Shown here one piece after another: positions 9,679 to 22,900 of a stretch of 64,000 bases of DNA; positions within the stretch are counted from its first letter, which is position 1; each line of letters begins with the position of its first letter. The position numbers and the translations under genes were made by a program. The notes beneath the pieces were generated by a model, which saw only the letters and a list, made by a program, of their open reading frames with translations, ran no database searches and was not told the DNA's origin. This DNA comes from Bacteroidales bacterium UBA6088 (GTDB lineage Bacteria > Bacteroidota > Bacteroidia > Bacteroidales > UBA932), in assembly GCA_002428635.1 (NCBI GenBank), contig DIXE01000025.1, positions 713 to 64,712 on the forward strand. The letters are read 5' to 3'.

Positions 9679-11208
9679 ATGTCAGAAAAAATAATAATTT
9701 TAGACTTCGGATCTCAGTTCACCCAACTTATAGGGCGGAGAATCAGAGAGTTGAATGTTTACTGCGAAATTGTACCTTTTAACCGGTTCACCGGTAAGGA
9801 GGATAATCTCAAAGGCGTAATTCTTTCCGGAAGTCCTTTTTCTGTCAAAGACCCAAATTCTCCTGTACCTGATCTTTCTACAGTCAAGGGTAAAATTCCC
9901 ATTTTAGCAATATGCTACGGAGCACAATGGATTGCCCAGAATTTCGGAGGAGAGGTATTTTCGACAGGCAGCAGAGAATATGGGAGGGCAATTTTAGAGG
10001 TGAAAGAAGCCGGTTCTCCCCTGTTGTCAAAAATTCCGGACTCATCACAGGTTTGGATGTCCCACGGGGATACAATCACAAAACTTCCGGGCAATGCAAC
10101 AGTTCTGGCATCAACAGAAGATGTTGAAAATGCTGCATACAGAATAGTCGGCGAGGATACATTCGGAGTTCAGTTTCATCCTGAGGTCTATCACACTGCA
10201 CAGGGTGCCAGAATACTGGAAAATTTTGTCATAAACATATGCCACTGCAAAGGTGACTGGACACCCGACTCTTTTATAGAAAGTTCTGTAAAACAATTGA
10301 AAGAAAAGATTTCAGGAGACAGAGTTATACTGGGTCTCTCAGGCGGTGTAGATTCAAGTGTGGCGGCAGTCCTGTTAAACAGGGCAATAGGAAAAAACCT
10401 CTTTTGCATTTTTGTTGACAACGGATTACTAAGAAAGAACGAATTCGCCTCTGTGCTGGAGTCATACAGAGATATGGGACTGAATGTAAGAGGTGTTGAC
10501 GCCTCTTCAATATTTCTGGATGCCCTTAAAGGAATAGCTGATCCTGAAAAAAAGAGAAAAGCTATCGGCAAGGTTTTTATTGATGTGTTTGACAGTGAAG
10601 CTCACAAAATAGAAAATGTAAAGTGGCTGGCACAGGGAACCATATATCCTGACGTCATTGAATCTGTATCGGTTAACGGACCCAGTGCCACAATCAAGTC
10701 GCACCACAATGTGGGAGGCTTGCCGGATTATATGAAACTTAGTGTTGTTGAACCTCTGAAGGCCCTCTTTAAAGACGAAGTCAGAAGAGTTGGTAAAGCC
10801 CTGGGGATTAAAGACGAACTCCTTTCGAGGCATCCTTTCCCCGGCCCCGGACTTGGAATCAGAGTTCTCGGAGAAGTTTCTCAGGAAAAACTGAACATAC
10901 TTAAAGAAGCTGACCATCTTTTCATAAACTCTCTTAAAGAGTCTAATCTCTACAACTCTGTATGGCAGGCAGCAGCTATACTTTTGCCTGTCAGGAGTGT
11001 CGGAGTGATGGGAGACGAAAGAACTTATGAGTACACTCTCGTTCTTAGGGCCGTAACCTCAACAGACGGAATGACAGCAGACTGGGTTCATCTTCCCTAT
11101 GAGTTTCTGTCAAAGGTCTCCAGCGAAATCATCAACAAAGTAAAGGGCATAAACCGGGTTGTTTACGATATCTCCTCAAAACCACCTGCAACCATTGAGT
11201 GGGAGTAA
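9679..11208 (+). CDS. guaA: GMP synthase (glutamine-hydrolyzing)
   Basis: LDFGSQ, ICYG (catalytic Cys), [32 protein letters not shown]. Confidence 0.98.
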   Translation: MSEKIIILDFGSQFTQLIGRRIRELNVYCEIVPFNRFTGKEDNLKGVILSGSPFSVKDPNSPVPDLSTVKGKIPILAICYGAQWIAQNFGGEVFSTGSREYGRAILEVKEAGSPLLSKIPDSSQVWMSHGDTITKLPGNATVLASTEDVENAAYRIVGEDTFGVQFHPEVYHTAQGARILENFVINICHCKGDWTPDSFIESSVKQLKEKISGDRVILGLSGGVDSSVAAVLLNRAIGKNLFCIFVDNGLLRKNEFASVLESYRDMGLNVRGVDASSIFLDALKGIADPEKKRKAIGKVFIDVFDSEAHKIENVKWLAQGTIYPDVIESVSVNGPSATIKSHHNVGGLPDYMKLSVVEPLKALFKDEVRRVGKALGIKDELLSRHPFPGPGLGIRVLGEVSQEKLNILKEADHLFINSLKESNLYNSVWQAAAILLPVRSVGVMGDERTYEYTLVLRAVTSTDGMTADWVHLPYEFLSKVSSEIINKVKGINRVVYDISSKPPATIEWE

Positions 11209-11210
11209 CC

Positions 11211-12122
11211 TTATCTTCTCGGATGGCATTTCAGGATACCATCTCTCCATTTTTCACTGTTTACGTGAGTGTATATCTCGGTTGTGAGAATGCTTTCATG
11301 GCCCAGCATCTGTTGCACAACTCTCAGGTCTGCACCGTTTTCAACCAGATGCGTAGCAAAAGAGTGTCTGAATGTATGAGGTGATATCTCTTTTCTTATT
11401 CCGGCTTCCTGACACTGTTTCCGAACCATCAGAAACACCATCTGTCTGCTTAGCTTTCCTCCTCTTCTGTTCAAAAAAAGAATATCTTCACACCCTTTTT
11501 TGATACTTATCACCCTCCGCACACTCATATAGATCTCCACAGATTTTATTGCCGGATCCCCTGTGGGAATCAGACGCTGTTTATCTCCCTTGCCAATAAC
11601 CCTGATAAAACCCTCCTGAAAGAAAAGATCTGATATCCTAAGATTTACAAGTTCACTTACACGAATTCCGCAGGAGTACATCATCTCGAGCATCGCTCTG
11701 TTTCTGTGCCCCTCTTCTACAGACAGATCGACAGAAGAAATTATATCATCTATCTCGCTCACAGAAAGAACTTCGGGCAGATGTGGCTTCATTTTTGGAG
11801 AATCAAGCTTTTCGGCAGGGTTGTTTGTAATTATTCCCTCTCGTTCGAGGAAGCGGAAGTAGGACTTGAGCGAGCTGATAACTCTGGCCTGAGACCTCTT
11901 TGAAAGATTATTATTCAGCTGATTTTCAATAAATCGTGTTAAGTTTTCTGTGTCTGTTGATTTTATTCCGTCAGAAAAACTTTTTGGATCTATACTGAGA
12001 AATGTCAGCAATTTGTTTATGTCTGAACAATAAGACGAAACAGTATTGCCAGAAAGAGCCAATTCCAGCCTCAAATATGAGGCAAAGTCAGCAATGGTGT
12101 CGTTATAATACTTCCTTTTCAA
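11211..12122 (-). CDS. xerD: Site-specific tyrosine recombinase XerD
   Basis: About 300 aa. RNRAMLEMMYSCGIRVSEL, GKGDKQR, HTFRHSFATHL, LGHESILTTEIYTH. Confidence 0.88.
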   Translation of the reverse strand: MKRKYYNDTIADFASYLRLELALSGNTVSSYCSDINKLLTFLSIDPKSFSDGIKSTDTENLTRFIENQLNNNLSKRSQARVISSLKSYFRFLEREGIITNNPAEKLDSPKMKPHLPEVLSVSEIDDIISSVDLSVEEGHRNRAMLEMMYSCGIRVSELVNLRISDLFFQEGFIRVIGKGDKQRLIPTGDPAIKSVEIYMSVRRVISIKKGCEDILFLNRRGGKLSRQMVFLMVRKQCQEAGIRKEISPHTFRHSFATHLVENGADLRVVQQMLGHESILTTEIYTHVNSEKWRDGILKCHPRR

Positions 12123-12161
12123 TAAATTGAGTTACTTTTGCCTCAAATTTAAGAATATTTT

Positions 12162-13580
12162 ATGAACGAAAAGAAGACAAAGATAATCTGCACAATATCA
12201 GACAAAAGATGCGACAAAGAGTTTATCCGCTCTCTTTACAATGCAGGTATGAACATTGTCAGGATCAACACAGCCCACACAACGCCGGAATCTGCCCTCA
12301 ATCTGGTAAAAAATGTGCGTGAAGTCTCAGACAAGATTGCTCTTCTGGTTGACACAAAAGGTCCCGAAATACGCCTTACCGCGATGGATCCCGTTGATGG
12401 TTTCAAAGTATCGCCGGGAGATAATGTCTTCTTTGGGGAGGGTACAGGCTCTGTCTCCTCCGGAGAGATGCTCTTCACAAACTACCCCGGATTTGTATCC
12501 CGCGTACCACCGGGTATAAATATTCTGCTGGATGACGGGGAGATTTCTCTTACCGTTGTTCAAAAGAACGGAGAGATGCTTGAATGCAGGGTGAATAACA
12601 GTGGAGTTATAAAGGGGAAAAAGAGCATAAATATTCCAAATTTGCCGATAGATCTGCCTGCCGTTTCTGAAAAAGATAAAGAGTTTATTCTTTGGGCTAT
12701 CGTGAATGAGATTGATTTCATTGCTCACTCCTTTGTAAGACGCCGGGAGGATATTGCTGCTGTTCAGTCAATACTGGACCACCACAACAGCCCCATCAAA
12801 ATTATTGCAAAAATCGAAAACCAGGAGGGAGTAAACAACATTGACGATATCTTGTCACATTGTTACGGAGTTATGGTGGCCAGAGGAGATCTCGGAGTAG
12901 AGATTGATTATCAGAAAATACCGATTATACAAAGAGAGATAATTGAAAAATGTCACAGGCGCAAAAAACCTGTGATAATTGCAACCCAAATGCTTCACTC
13001 GATGATTGAGCATCCCAGGCCTACACGTGCCGAGGTTACCGATGTTGCAAATGCAATTTTTCAAAGCACCGATGCAATAATGCTGAGCGGAGAGACAGCA
13101 GCAGGCAGATATCCCGTAGAAGCAGTTTGTACAATGACAAAAATTGCAATGGAAGTTGAGGATTCACACGAGCCATTCTACAACCTGAGGCTGGAGGGTG
13201 TAACTGCACCTGTTGCAGCAGTTCTTGCGGGAGGGATCGTGGATGCCGCCTCAAGACTCCCTATCAAGGCAATCTTGTTTGACACTAGGACCGGAAGAAC
13301 CGGAAGGTACATCTCAGCATTCCGGCCCAAGGTTCCGGTTTTTGCAATGTGCTACTCTCCCAGAGTTATGAGAGAACTCTCCCTCTCGTACGGAATTTGT
13401 GCATACACCATTGATCTGATGGATTCAAAGGATGGTTTCATCAAAACATCAGTAAAGAGACTTCTTAAAGACAAGAGATTTAACAGAAGAGATTTAATCG
13501 GCATAATTGCAGGTAGTTTTGGCCCTGCAGCCGGCGCAACCTTTATGGAAATTTCATCTGCCCGAAATATGATAATATAG
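12162..13580 (+). CDS. pyk: Pyruvate kinase
   Basis: KTKIICTI, RINTAH, DTKGPEIR, IIAKIEN, MVARGDLG, ATQML.SM...PRPTRAE, MLSGETA. Confidence 0.97.
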   Translation: MNEKKTKIICTISDKRCDKEFIRSLYNAGMNIVRINTAHTTPESALNLVKNVREVSDKIALLVDTKGPEIRLTAMDPVDGFKVSPGDNVFFGEGTGSVSSGEMLFTNYPGFVSRVPPGINILLDDGEISLTVVQKNGEMLECRVNNSGVIKGKKSINIPNLPIDLPAVSEKDKEFILWAIVNEIDFIAHSFVRRREDIAAVQSILDHHNSPIKIIAKIENQEGVNNIDDILSHCYGVMVARGDLGVEIDYQKIPIIQREIIEKCHRRKKPVIIATQMLHSMIEHPRPTRAEVTDVANAIFQSTDAIMLSGETAAGRYPVEAVCTMTKIAMEVEDSHEPFYNLRLEGVTAPVAAVLAGGIVDAASRLPIKAILFDTRTGRTGRYISAFRPKVPVFAMCYSPRVMRELSLSYGICAYTIDLMDSKDGFIKTSVKRLLKDKRFNRRDLIGIIAGSFGPAAGATFMEISSARNMII

Positions 13581-14204
13581 GCAGAGCTCCTTTAATCCGC
13601 AAAGAGAACATTTGGGTTTTCTGGCAACACATATGTATCTGCCGTGGAGTATCAGCCAATGGTGAGCTATTGCTCTTTTATCCTCAGGAATGTTTTCTGT
13701 AAGGTCTTTTTCGACAGCAAGCGGGTCTTTTCCCTCAGAGAGCCCCAGCCTTCTTGATACTCTAAAAACGTGAGTATCAACCGCTATAACCGGCTTATTA
13801 TATATTACCGAAGCAATTACGTTTGCACTTTTCCTGCCTATTCCGGGAAGCTTCATCAGTTCAGAGGGTTCATCTGGCATCCTGGAAGAAAAAACCTCCG
13901 CAACCATTTTGGCCATTGAAGAGAGATGTCTGCTTTTACTATTCGGATATGTGACTGAGGATATAAGCCGAAAGATCTGTTCTGAACCGGCCTGAGCCAT
14001 TGCCTCAGGTGTAGGGTATATCTTAAACAGCTCCTTTGTAACAATGTTCACTCTCTTGTCGGTACATTGTGCAGAGAGTATTACCGCAATGGCAAGCTGA
14101 AAAGGATCACTGTAGGCGAGTTCGGTTTGTACAACAGGCATCTCTCTTTCGAACCATTCGATAATCCTGCTGTATCTCTCAACCCGGTTTTTCGGGCTAT
14201 TCAT
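13554..14204 (-). CDS. nth: Endonuclease III
   Basis: ILSAQCTDKRVN, HhH LPGIGRKSANV, VDTHV, FCL motif CVARKPKCSLCGLKELC. Confidence 0.96.
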   Translation of the reverse strand: MNSPKNRVERYSRIIEWFEREMPVVQTELAYSDPFQLAIAVILSAQCTDKRVNIVTKELFKIYPTPEAMAQAGSEQIFRLISSVTYPNSKSRHLSSMAKMVAEVFSSRMPDEPSELMKLPGIGRKSANVIASVIYNKPVIAVDTHVFRVSRRLGLSEGKDPLAVEKDLTENIPEDKRAIAHHWLILHGRYICVARKPKCSLCGLKELCLYYHISGR

Positions 14205-14937
14205 AAAGCAACTGTGTAAAGTCTATCTCCTGAGCCTCGTCAATTTCACGACACTCCAGGTTTTCGCAAAGCATTATCCTGCCGGGATAGCGTTTAAAAA
14301 GAGATCTGTTATGAGTTACCATTATCACAGCACTGTTGTTTTCTCTGTGAATCCTGATAATAAGCTCCATTATTTCACAGGCAGTATCACCATCGAGGTT
14401 TCCTGTAGGTTCGTCGGCAAGAATCAAAGGAGGATTGTTAAGCAAAGCTCTGGCAATGGCGACTCTTTGTTGTTCTCCTCCTGATAACTGATGGGGCATT
14501 TTGTGCGATTTGAGCAACATCCCTACACTGTCAAGCTTGGATTCAATTCTTTTTTCGATCTCTCTTTTACTCCTCCAGCCGGTTGATTCCAGAACAAATT
14601 TTAAATTGTCAAAGACCGATCTGTCTCCAAGAAGTTGAAAATCCTGAAAAACAACACCTAGTTTTCTCCTTAGCAAAGGTATCGACCTCTCTTTTATCTT
14701 TCTGAGATTGAACCCGGCAACCTCTGCAACTCCCTTTGTGACAGGGATTTCTCCGATAAGAGTTTTGATTATGGAGGTTTTGCCGCTTCCCACTCTCCCT
14801 ATGATATAAACAAAATCAGAAGGATAAACAGAAAAGCTAAGGTCAGATACTATCAGGTTATCTTCCTTAACAATGTCTATGTTCTTAAGTCTGACTACAG
14901 GTTCGGGTGAGTCTGATGGCATAAAATTTGTCGTCAT
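14197..14937 (-). CDS. ftsE: ABC ATP-binding protein, FtsE-like
   Basis: Walker [49 protein letters not shown]. No ftsX is adjacent. Confidence 0.7.
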   Translation of the reverse strand: MTTNFMPSDSPEPVVRLKNIDIVKEDNLIVSDLSFSVYPSDFVYIIGRVGSGKTSIIKTLIGEIPVTKGVAEVAGFNLRKIKERSIPLLRRKLGVVFQDFQLLGDRSVFDNLKFVLESTGWRSKREIEKRIESKLDSVGMLLKSHKMPHQLSGGEQQRVAIARALLNNPPLILADEPTGNLDGDTACEIMELIIRIHRENNSAVIMVTHNRSLFKRYPGRIMLCENLECREIDEAQEIDFTQLLYE

Positions 14938-14999
14938 TATATCTGCAAATTTACTAAATTTGAAGTTTAATTCTACTTTTAGATTAAATTATTTATCTG

Positions 15000-17900
15000 A
15001 TGAGCAACCCTGTAAAATTATTTTTTTCTGTTTTTGCAATTATACTTCTTTCATTTGGGGTTTTATCCCGAGTTGGAGGTCAGGAGCATATAGGATATTC
15101 ACGACATTATGACAAGGGTGTGGAGTTGTTCAGCAAAGGGCTCTTCAAGGCAGCAGACCTGGAATTTCAAAAAGCTGTGCAACTCGCCGGTAATTCATCA
15201 GAAATTGCAGTTTCTGATGCAGAGGCATACAGGGCACTAATCTCAATAGAGCTCAAAAGAAAGAATCTGGATGCAGATGTTCACCGTTATGAGAGCATCT
15301 ATCCCTTTTCCAGCCAGCTTGAGACAATAAGGCTCAAGTATGCCTCTCATTACTTTGATCTTGAAGACTATGAAAGAAGTCTTGACATTCTCAACCGCAT
15401 AGAGGGAAAAAATCTGACCAGTGAACAAAAGACTGAATACGACTTCAGGCTGGGATTTGCTCTTATGCATACAGGGAAACCCACTGATGCACTTCCCCTT
15501 TTTGAGGGTGTATTCAAAGGAGACCATCCAACCTACACCAACGCAGCCGGCTATTATGCCGGGCACATATATTACAGTCTGAACAGATTTGACAAGGCAA
15601 TTGAAAAATTTTACGCTATAAGGGAGGATCCCAGATTTTCACTTTTATCCGGTTACTATATGCTGGAATCAAACTTTATGCTCAAAAACTTCAATGAAGT
15701 TGCACTTAAAGGAGAAGATCTTTACTTAAAGCTTGAAGGAGAGCTCAAAAGCAGATGTGCAAGGGTGCTTTCAGAAGCCTTTTTTGCCACAGGCAACACA
15801 GATAAGGCAAAATATTACTTTGAAAGGTATAGTCTCACGTCAAAAGAACTGACCCGTAACGACATTTACTATATGGGGACGATATCTTTCAAACTCAGGA
15901 ACTTCAGAACTGCAGCCGAATCTTTTACTCAGGTTATTGCCATCAACGACAGCATATCTCAAAATGCAAACTATCACCTGGGATACTGCTACACAGAGAT
16001 GAAAAATAAACAGCAGGCACTTTTATCCTTTAAAAGAGCTGCAGAAGAAGATTGGGACCAGTTAATAAAGGAGGATGCCCTCTTTAATTATGCAAAACTA
16101 TCATTTGATCTCAACTCTGATATCGCACCTTTCCGGAAATATCTGAGCCAGTACTCTCCACCCGACACAAAGTTCAATGAGATCCAGAACTATGTTGCAA
16201 GTTTTTATCTTCTGGGTAAGGATTACAAATCGGCAGTAGAAGCCCTCTCCTTAATAAGACAACCGTCAGAAAAAGATATTCTCAACCTGCAGAAAGCCTC
16301 TTTCTTAAGGGGTTTGCAGCTTTTCGACCTTGGCAGTTTCAGGGAGTCCGTGGCTTACCTTAAGCAGTCTGTAGAAAATTCAAAATACAATTCTGACATC
16401 AAAGATCTTGCAAATTTTTTTCTTGCTGAGGCATATTACAGGGACAACAAGTTCCAGAGTTCTGTAAATATCAACCGTGAACTTGTAACCGGAAATCCCG
16501 GATTCAGAAGAACATCAAAGTATCCGCTGGCAGTTTTTAATCTCGCCTACGGATATTTCAAGCTTTCGGATTTTAAAAATGCCGGTGAATGGTTCGGCAA
16601 ATTTATAGCATCCCCTTCAGGAGCTGCCGCCTACCTTGCAGAGGCCAGACTAAGGATGGGAGACTGCCTCTTTATGCAGAGAGACTATGCTTCTGCCGTT
16701 GAAACATACAGCAAGGCAGCAGGCAGCGATCCGGTAGAGACTACCTACGCAAAGTACCAGATGGCAATTTCATACGGACTATTAGGAGAAGATCAGAAGA
16801 AGATAGATATACTGCAGGATGTTATAAACAGTGGAAACAAGAACCGCTACTACCCGGAAGTTCTTTATGAGCTGGGAAGGACTCTTGTGCAAAACGGTCA
16901 GAATCAAAAAGCTATGGAATGTTTTTCTGAACTCGTCAACGATTTCAGACAAAGCAACTTCTATACTAAATCCCTGCTCGAAATGGGGCTTATCAGCTTC
17001 AATCAAAATGATACAGACAAAGCCATAACATTTTATAAAAGAATACTTCAGGAGAATCCAATGTCGCCGGAGGCACAAAACGCTCTGGCAGGACTTGAGA
17101 ATATCTATCAGGAGAGAGGACAAGCAGATGAATATCTTGCCTTTATTGATCAGCTTGGAATCTCCTCTTCAAAAAGCCCTGATGAAAGAGAGATAATGGT
17201 ATTCAACTCTGCAGAAAAACATTATCTATCCGGCAACTACCCTTCAGCTACAGCTTCACTCACCTCCTACCTGAACAGATACCCTGACGGTTCAAAAATC
17301 ATACAGGCTTACTACTATCTCGGAGAATCCCTGCAGAAGACGGGCAAACCTGAACAGGCCAGAGACGCTTATCTCAGGGTGATGGAAAAGGGATCGGGAT
17401 CTTTTTCTGAGCTTGCAACACTCAACTACTCACGTATATCATACAGTATGCAGGACTATCAGGAGGCTCTGAAAGGATTCTCTTCTCTGAGTCTGATTGC
17501 TGTCCTTGAGAACAACAAAATTGAAGCTTTTTTGGGGAAGATAAATTCTTTCTTTATGCTCAGACAATTAGAAAACGCTATTGCAGAGGCTTATAACTCA
17601 TCAAGATTCAACCTTTCCGAGCAAGAAACAGAGAGCGTAAAATATATTTTAGCCAAATCCCACTATCTTCTTGGAGAGAGATCAAAAGCAATTCCATTGC
17701 TCAAAGAACTTTCCGGAAACAAAATTACGCCAATAGGAGCCGAATGTGCATACCTGATAATTTCCAATTATTTCGATAATGGAGATTTTAACTCAGTAGA
17801 GAAGGAAGTCTTTTCTCTTTCAGATTCCGGTACTCCTCAAAAATACTGGCTGGCAAAAAGTTACATCTTGTTGGGAGATAGTTACGCCGAGCGTGAAAAC

Positions 17901-18017
17901 TGGGAACAGGCTGAGGCTACGTTCAGGAGCATATTGGAATCATACAAACCTGAATCTGAAGATGATATTGCTGAGCAATTAAAGATCAGGCTTGAAAAAA
18001 TTAAAAACCGTGAATAG
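15000..18017 (+). CDS. Large exported tetratricopeptide-repeat protein
   Basis: Signal peptide, then about 1000 aa of repeated TPR-like helical pairs (e.g. AGYYAGHIYY, ANYHLGYCY, AVFNLAYGYF, ARLRMGDC, VLYELGR). Confidence 0.85.
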   Translation: MSNPVKLFFSVFAIILLSFGVLSRVGGQEHIGYSRHYDKGVELFSKGLFKAADLEFQKAVQLAGNSSEIAVSDAEAYRALISIELKRKNLDADVHRYESIYPFSSQLETIRLKYASHYFDLEDYERSLDILNRIEGKNLTSEQKTEYDFRLGFALMHTGKPTDALPLFEGVFKGDHPTYTNAAGYYAGHIYYSLNRFDKAIEKFYAIREDPRFSLLSGYYMLESNFMLKNFNEVALKGEDLYLKLEGELKSRCARVLSEAFFATGNTDKAKYYFERYSLTSKELTRNDIYYMGTISFKLRNFRTAAESFTQVIAINDSISQNANYHLGYCYTEMKNKQQALLSFKRAAEEDWDQLIKEDALFNYAKLSFDLNSDIAPFRKYLSQYSPPDTKFNEIQNYVASFYLLGKDYKSAVEALSLIRQPSEKDILNLQKASFLRGLQLFDLGSFRESVAYLKQSVENSKYNSDIKDLANFFLAEAYYRDNKFQSSVNINRELVTGNPGFRRTSKYPLAVFNLAYGYFKLSDFKNAGEWFGKFIASPSGAAAYLAEARLRMGDCLFMQRDYASAVETYSKAAGSDPVETTYAKYQMAISYGLLGEDQKKIDILQDVINSGNKNRYYPEVLYELGRTLVQNGQNQKAMECFSELVNDFRQSNFYTKSLLEMGLISFNQNDTDKAITFYKRILQENPMSPEAQNALAGLENIYQERGQADEYLAFIDQLGISSSKSPDEREIMVFNSAEKHYLSGNYPSATASLTSYLNRYPDGSKIIQAYYYLGESLQKTGKPEQARDAYLRVMEKGSGSFSELATLNYSRISYSMQDYQEALKGFSSLSLIAVLENNKIEAFLGKINSFFMLRQLENAIAEAYNSSRFNLSEQETESVKYILAKSHYLLGERSKAIPLLKELSGNKITPIGAECAYLIISNYFDNGDFNSVEKEVFSLSDSGTPQKYWLAKSYILLGDSYAERENWEQAEATFRSILESYKPESEDDIAEQLKIRLEKIKNRE

Positions 18018-18026
18018 GGCTGCATT

Positions 18027-19865
18027 ATGAAATCAATCATAAACATAACATTTACAATTGTCGCGCTGTCAATAACAACTTCTTTTTCGGGGCAGCAGAA
18101 GATAGACCCTACTCTCGAGGTCAAAAGAGATTTTGATGTCAATCTGCTTGAGATACAGAAAAAGAAGATAAGGACTGACTTTGAGGACACAATCGGAAAA
18201 TTTGATCTCAATTTCAAATACTCAATTTTTGACAAACCTATTACAAATCTTTACGAGTTTACACCCATCAGATATGCCAGGCCAGAAACACCTGCAACTC
18301 TCAGGCATTCTCTTTTCTACTCAGATGCAGGCATAAACCTTCCATTCAATCCCCATCTTGATTTGTATCTCCAACCAAGGCTGCCCGGCTCACTTTCACT
18401 GGTATTTTACGGCAGACACAACTCCTATCTCGACAAGATCAGACTTATGGAGGATATTAACGGCACTCTGTCAAGAGGAGAAGAAAAAGTTTCTGCCCCG
18501 TCTCACACCAACAATCTGGGTGTAGAACTCAAATACAATTACAACGGAGGGAGAGTTGGCTTTAATATTGATTTCGAAAATAACCGCTTCTCCTATTACG
18601 GATACGATCAGGAAAGAGATCAGATTGCTCACCCGATGCCTGATTCATATATGGAGATATGGGAGCCGGTGTTTCAAACCCTTCCCAGAATTTTTACAAA
18701 TTCCTTCTTAAAAGATACTCTGTCTCACAGATTTGACAGTTTTTTTGCAAATGCCTTTCTGGAATCTGCCAACGGAACCAGATTGCCATTCTATTACAGA
18801 GCCTCATTCCAATACGGATACCTTAAAGACCGGCCATCTTACCGCCCGATGCTGTCCTCTGTCCCGGCACAACTTATTAACGACAGACCAGATTTTGAAG
18901 AGACATATTTTTCTGCATCCGGAGCCTTAGGATATATTTTTGCCACTCATCACAGGTTTGTTGCAGATATTAGCTATCAGGCATCAAACAGTGTAGCATC
19001 CAATTCTTTGGACAGATATGATCTGGAGATTCACCCCCACTATGTTTTTAACAGAGGAAAATGGATATTTGAAATTGGGCTCAAGTTCAACAAGTATGTA
19101 GATCCATCAATGGAGGCCTTCAACATCTTTTTTAGCGGAAATCTTTCATACAAGGTAGCAGACAATATTCTCTGGCTGTATGCCTCGGCAGACGGGAGAA
19201 ACAATTTCAGGAACTACCGGGGAATGTTGAGAGAGAATCCCTGGATTACTTCAAATATTGAGGTAAAAAACACAGAAGAGCCACTTGCAGTTAGAGCTGG
19301 TGCCAGAGGTCAAGTCTCAGACCGTCTGTCATTTAATATCTGGGGTGGGTACAATAAATACACCAACTTTTTGACCTATATCCACATGTCTGATATCTGG
19401 GCCGGTCCCCTGAACACATTCTGGGCTATGTACAAGGATATGTACAGATACGGATTTGGTGGGGAACTCTCGTGGAAATCAAAGAATTTTGAAGCAGGAA
19501 CTAGTTTTGAATACTCCAGTTACAAAAACAGAGACTCCTCGACAGTTTACAATCTTCCGCCATTTCAGTTAAAGGGTTTTGCCAGATACAACTACAGAAG
19601 CAGAATCTTTGCCGATGCAAGCATACATTATCGTTCAGGCAGTCCTACCCTGTTGTACTTCCACCCATATACCGGAGTTAATGCTGCAGATCAGAGCAAA
19701 ATTCAACCTTTTACTATGCTAAATCTGGGAATTACTTATGCATTCAATAGAAAAATCTCTTATTATTTCTTGATTAACAACATCTTAAATACCAACGAGT
19801 CCTATTATCCACTTTATGGAAATCCTGGAACAGGAATCGGTGCAGGTATCAAGCTTAATCTCTAA
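18027..19865 (+). CDS. Outer-membrane beta-barrel protein (TonB-dependent-receptor-like C-terminus)
   Basis: Signal peptide, amphipathic strands, FTMLNLGITY...FLINNILN near the C-terminus as in TBDT barrels, ends GIKLNL. Co-oriented with the TPR gene, 9 bp gap. Confidence 0.65.
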   Translation: MKSIINITFTIVALSITTSFSGQQKIDPTLEVKRDFDVNLLEIQKKKIRTDFEDTIGKFDLNFKYSIFDKPITNLYEFTPIRYARPETPATLRHSLFYSDAGINLPFNPHLDLYLQPRLPGSLSLVFYGRHNSYLDKIRLMEDINGTLSRGEEKVSAPSHTNNLGVELKYNYNGGRVGFNIDFENNRFSYYGYDQERDQIAHPMPDSYMEIWEPVFQTLPRIFTNSFLKDTLSHRFDSFFANAFLESANGTRLPFYYRASFQYGYLKDRPSYRPMLSSVPAQLINDRPDFEETYFSASGALGYIFATHHRFVADISYQASNSVASNSLDRYDLEIHPHYVFNRGKWIFEIGLKFNKYVDPSMEAFNIFFSGNLSYKVADNILWLYASADGRNNFRNYRGMLRENPWITSNIEVKNTEEPLAVRAGARGQVSDRLSFNIWGGYNKYTNFLTYIHMSDIWAGPLNTFWAMYKDMYRYGFGGELSWKSKNFEAGTSFEYSSYKNRDSSTVYNLPPFQLKGFARYNYRSRIFADASIHYRSGSPTLLYFHPYTGVNAADQSKIQPFTMLNLGITYAFNRKISYYFLINNILNTNESYYPLYGNPGTGIGAGIKLNL

Positions 19866-19964
19866 CAGATAAGTACTTACACTTGCTTTAACCGGGTGTA
19901 ATTTTCATCATTTTTATTAGGAATTTTAATCTTTTTTCCCTTACTTTGTTTTTCTAAAAAGTAG

Positions 19965-22890
<2,926 letters not shown>

Positions 22891-22900
22891 CAATAATCAA

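Noticed and set aside
9614-9679. N-terminal extensions in the ORF track (typA, and similarly rplS, fba, marR, the M23-LysM gene and the qmoC-like gene)
   Set aside because: The extensions run through promoter or upstream-gene sequence, and the family N-termini begin at the downstream ATGs used here.
11211-12122. Tyrosine recombinase directly after guaA, a known integration hotspot, as a mobile-element integrase
   Set aside because: Length and motifs match housekeeping XerD, the flanks are core genes (guaA, pyk), and no att repeat or cargo is visible.
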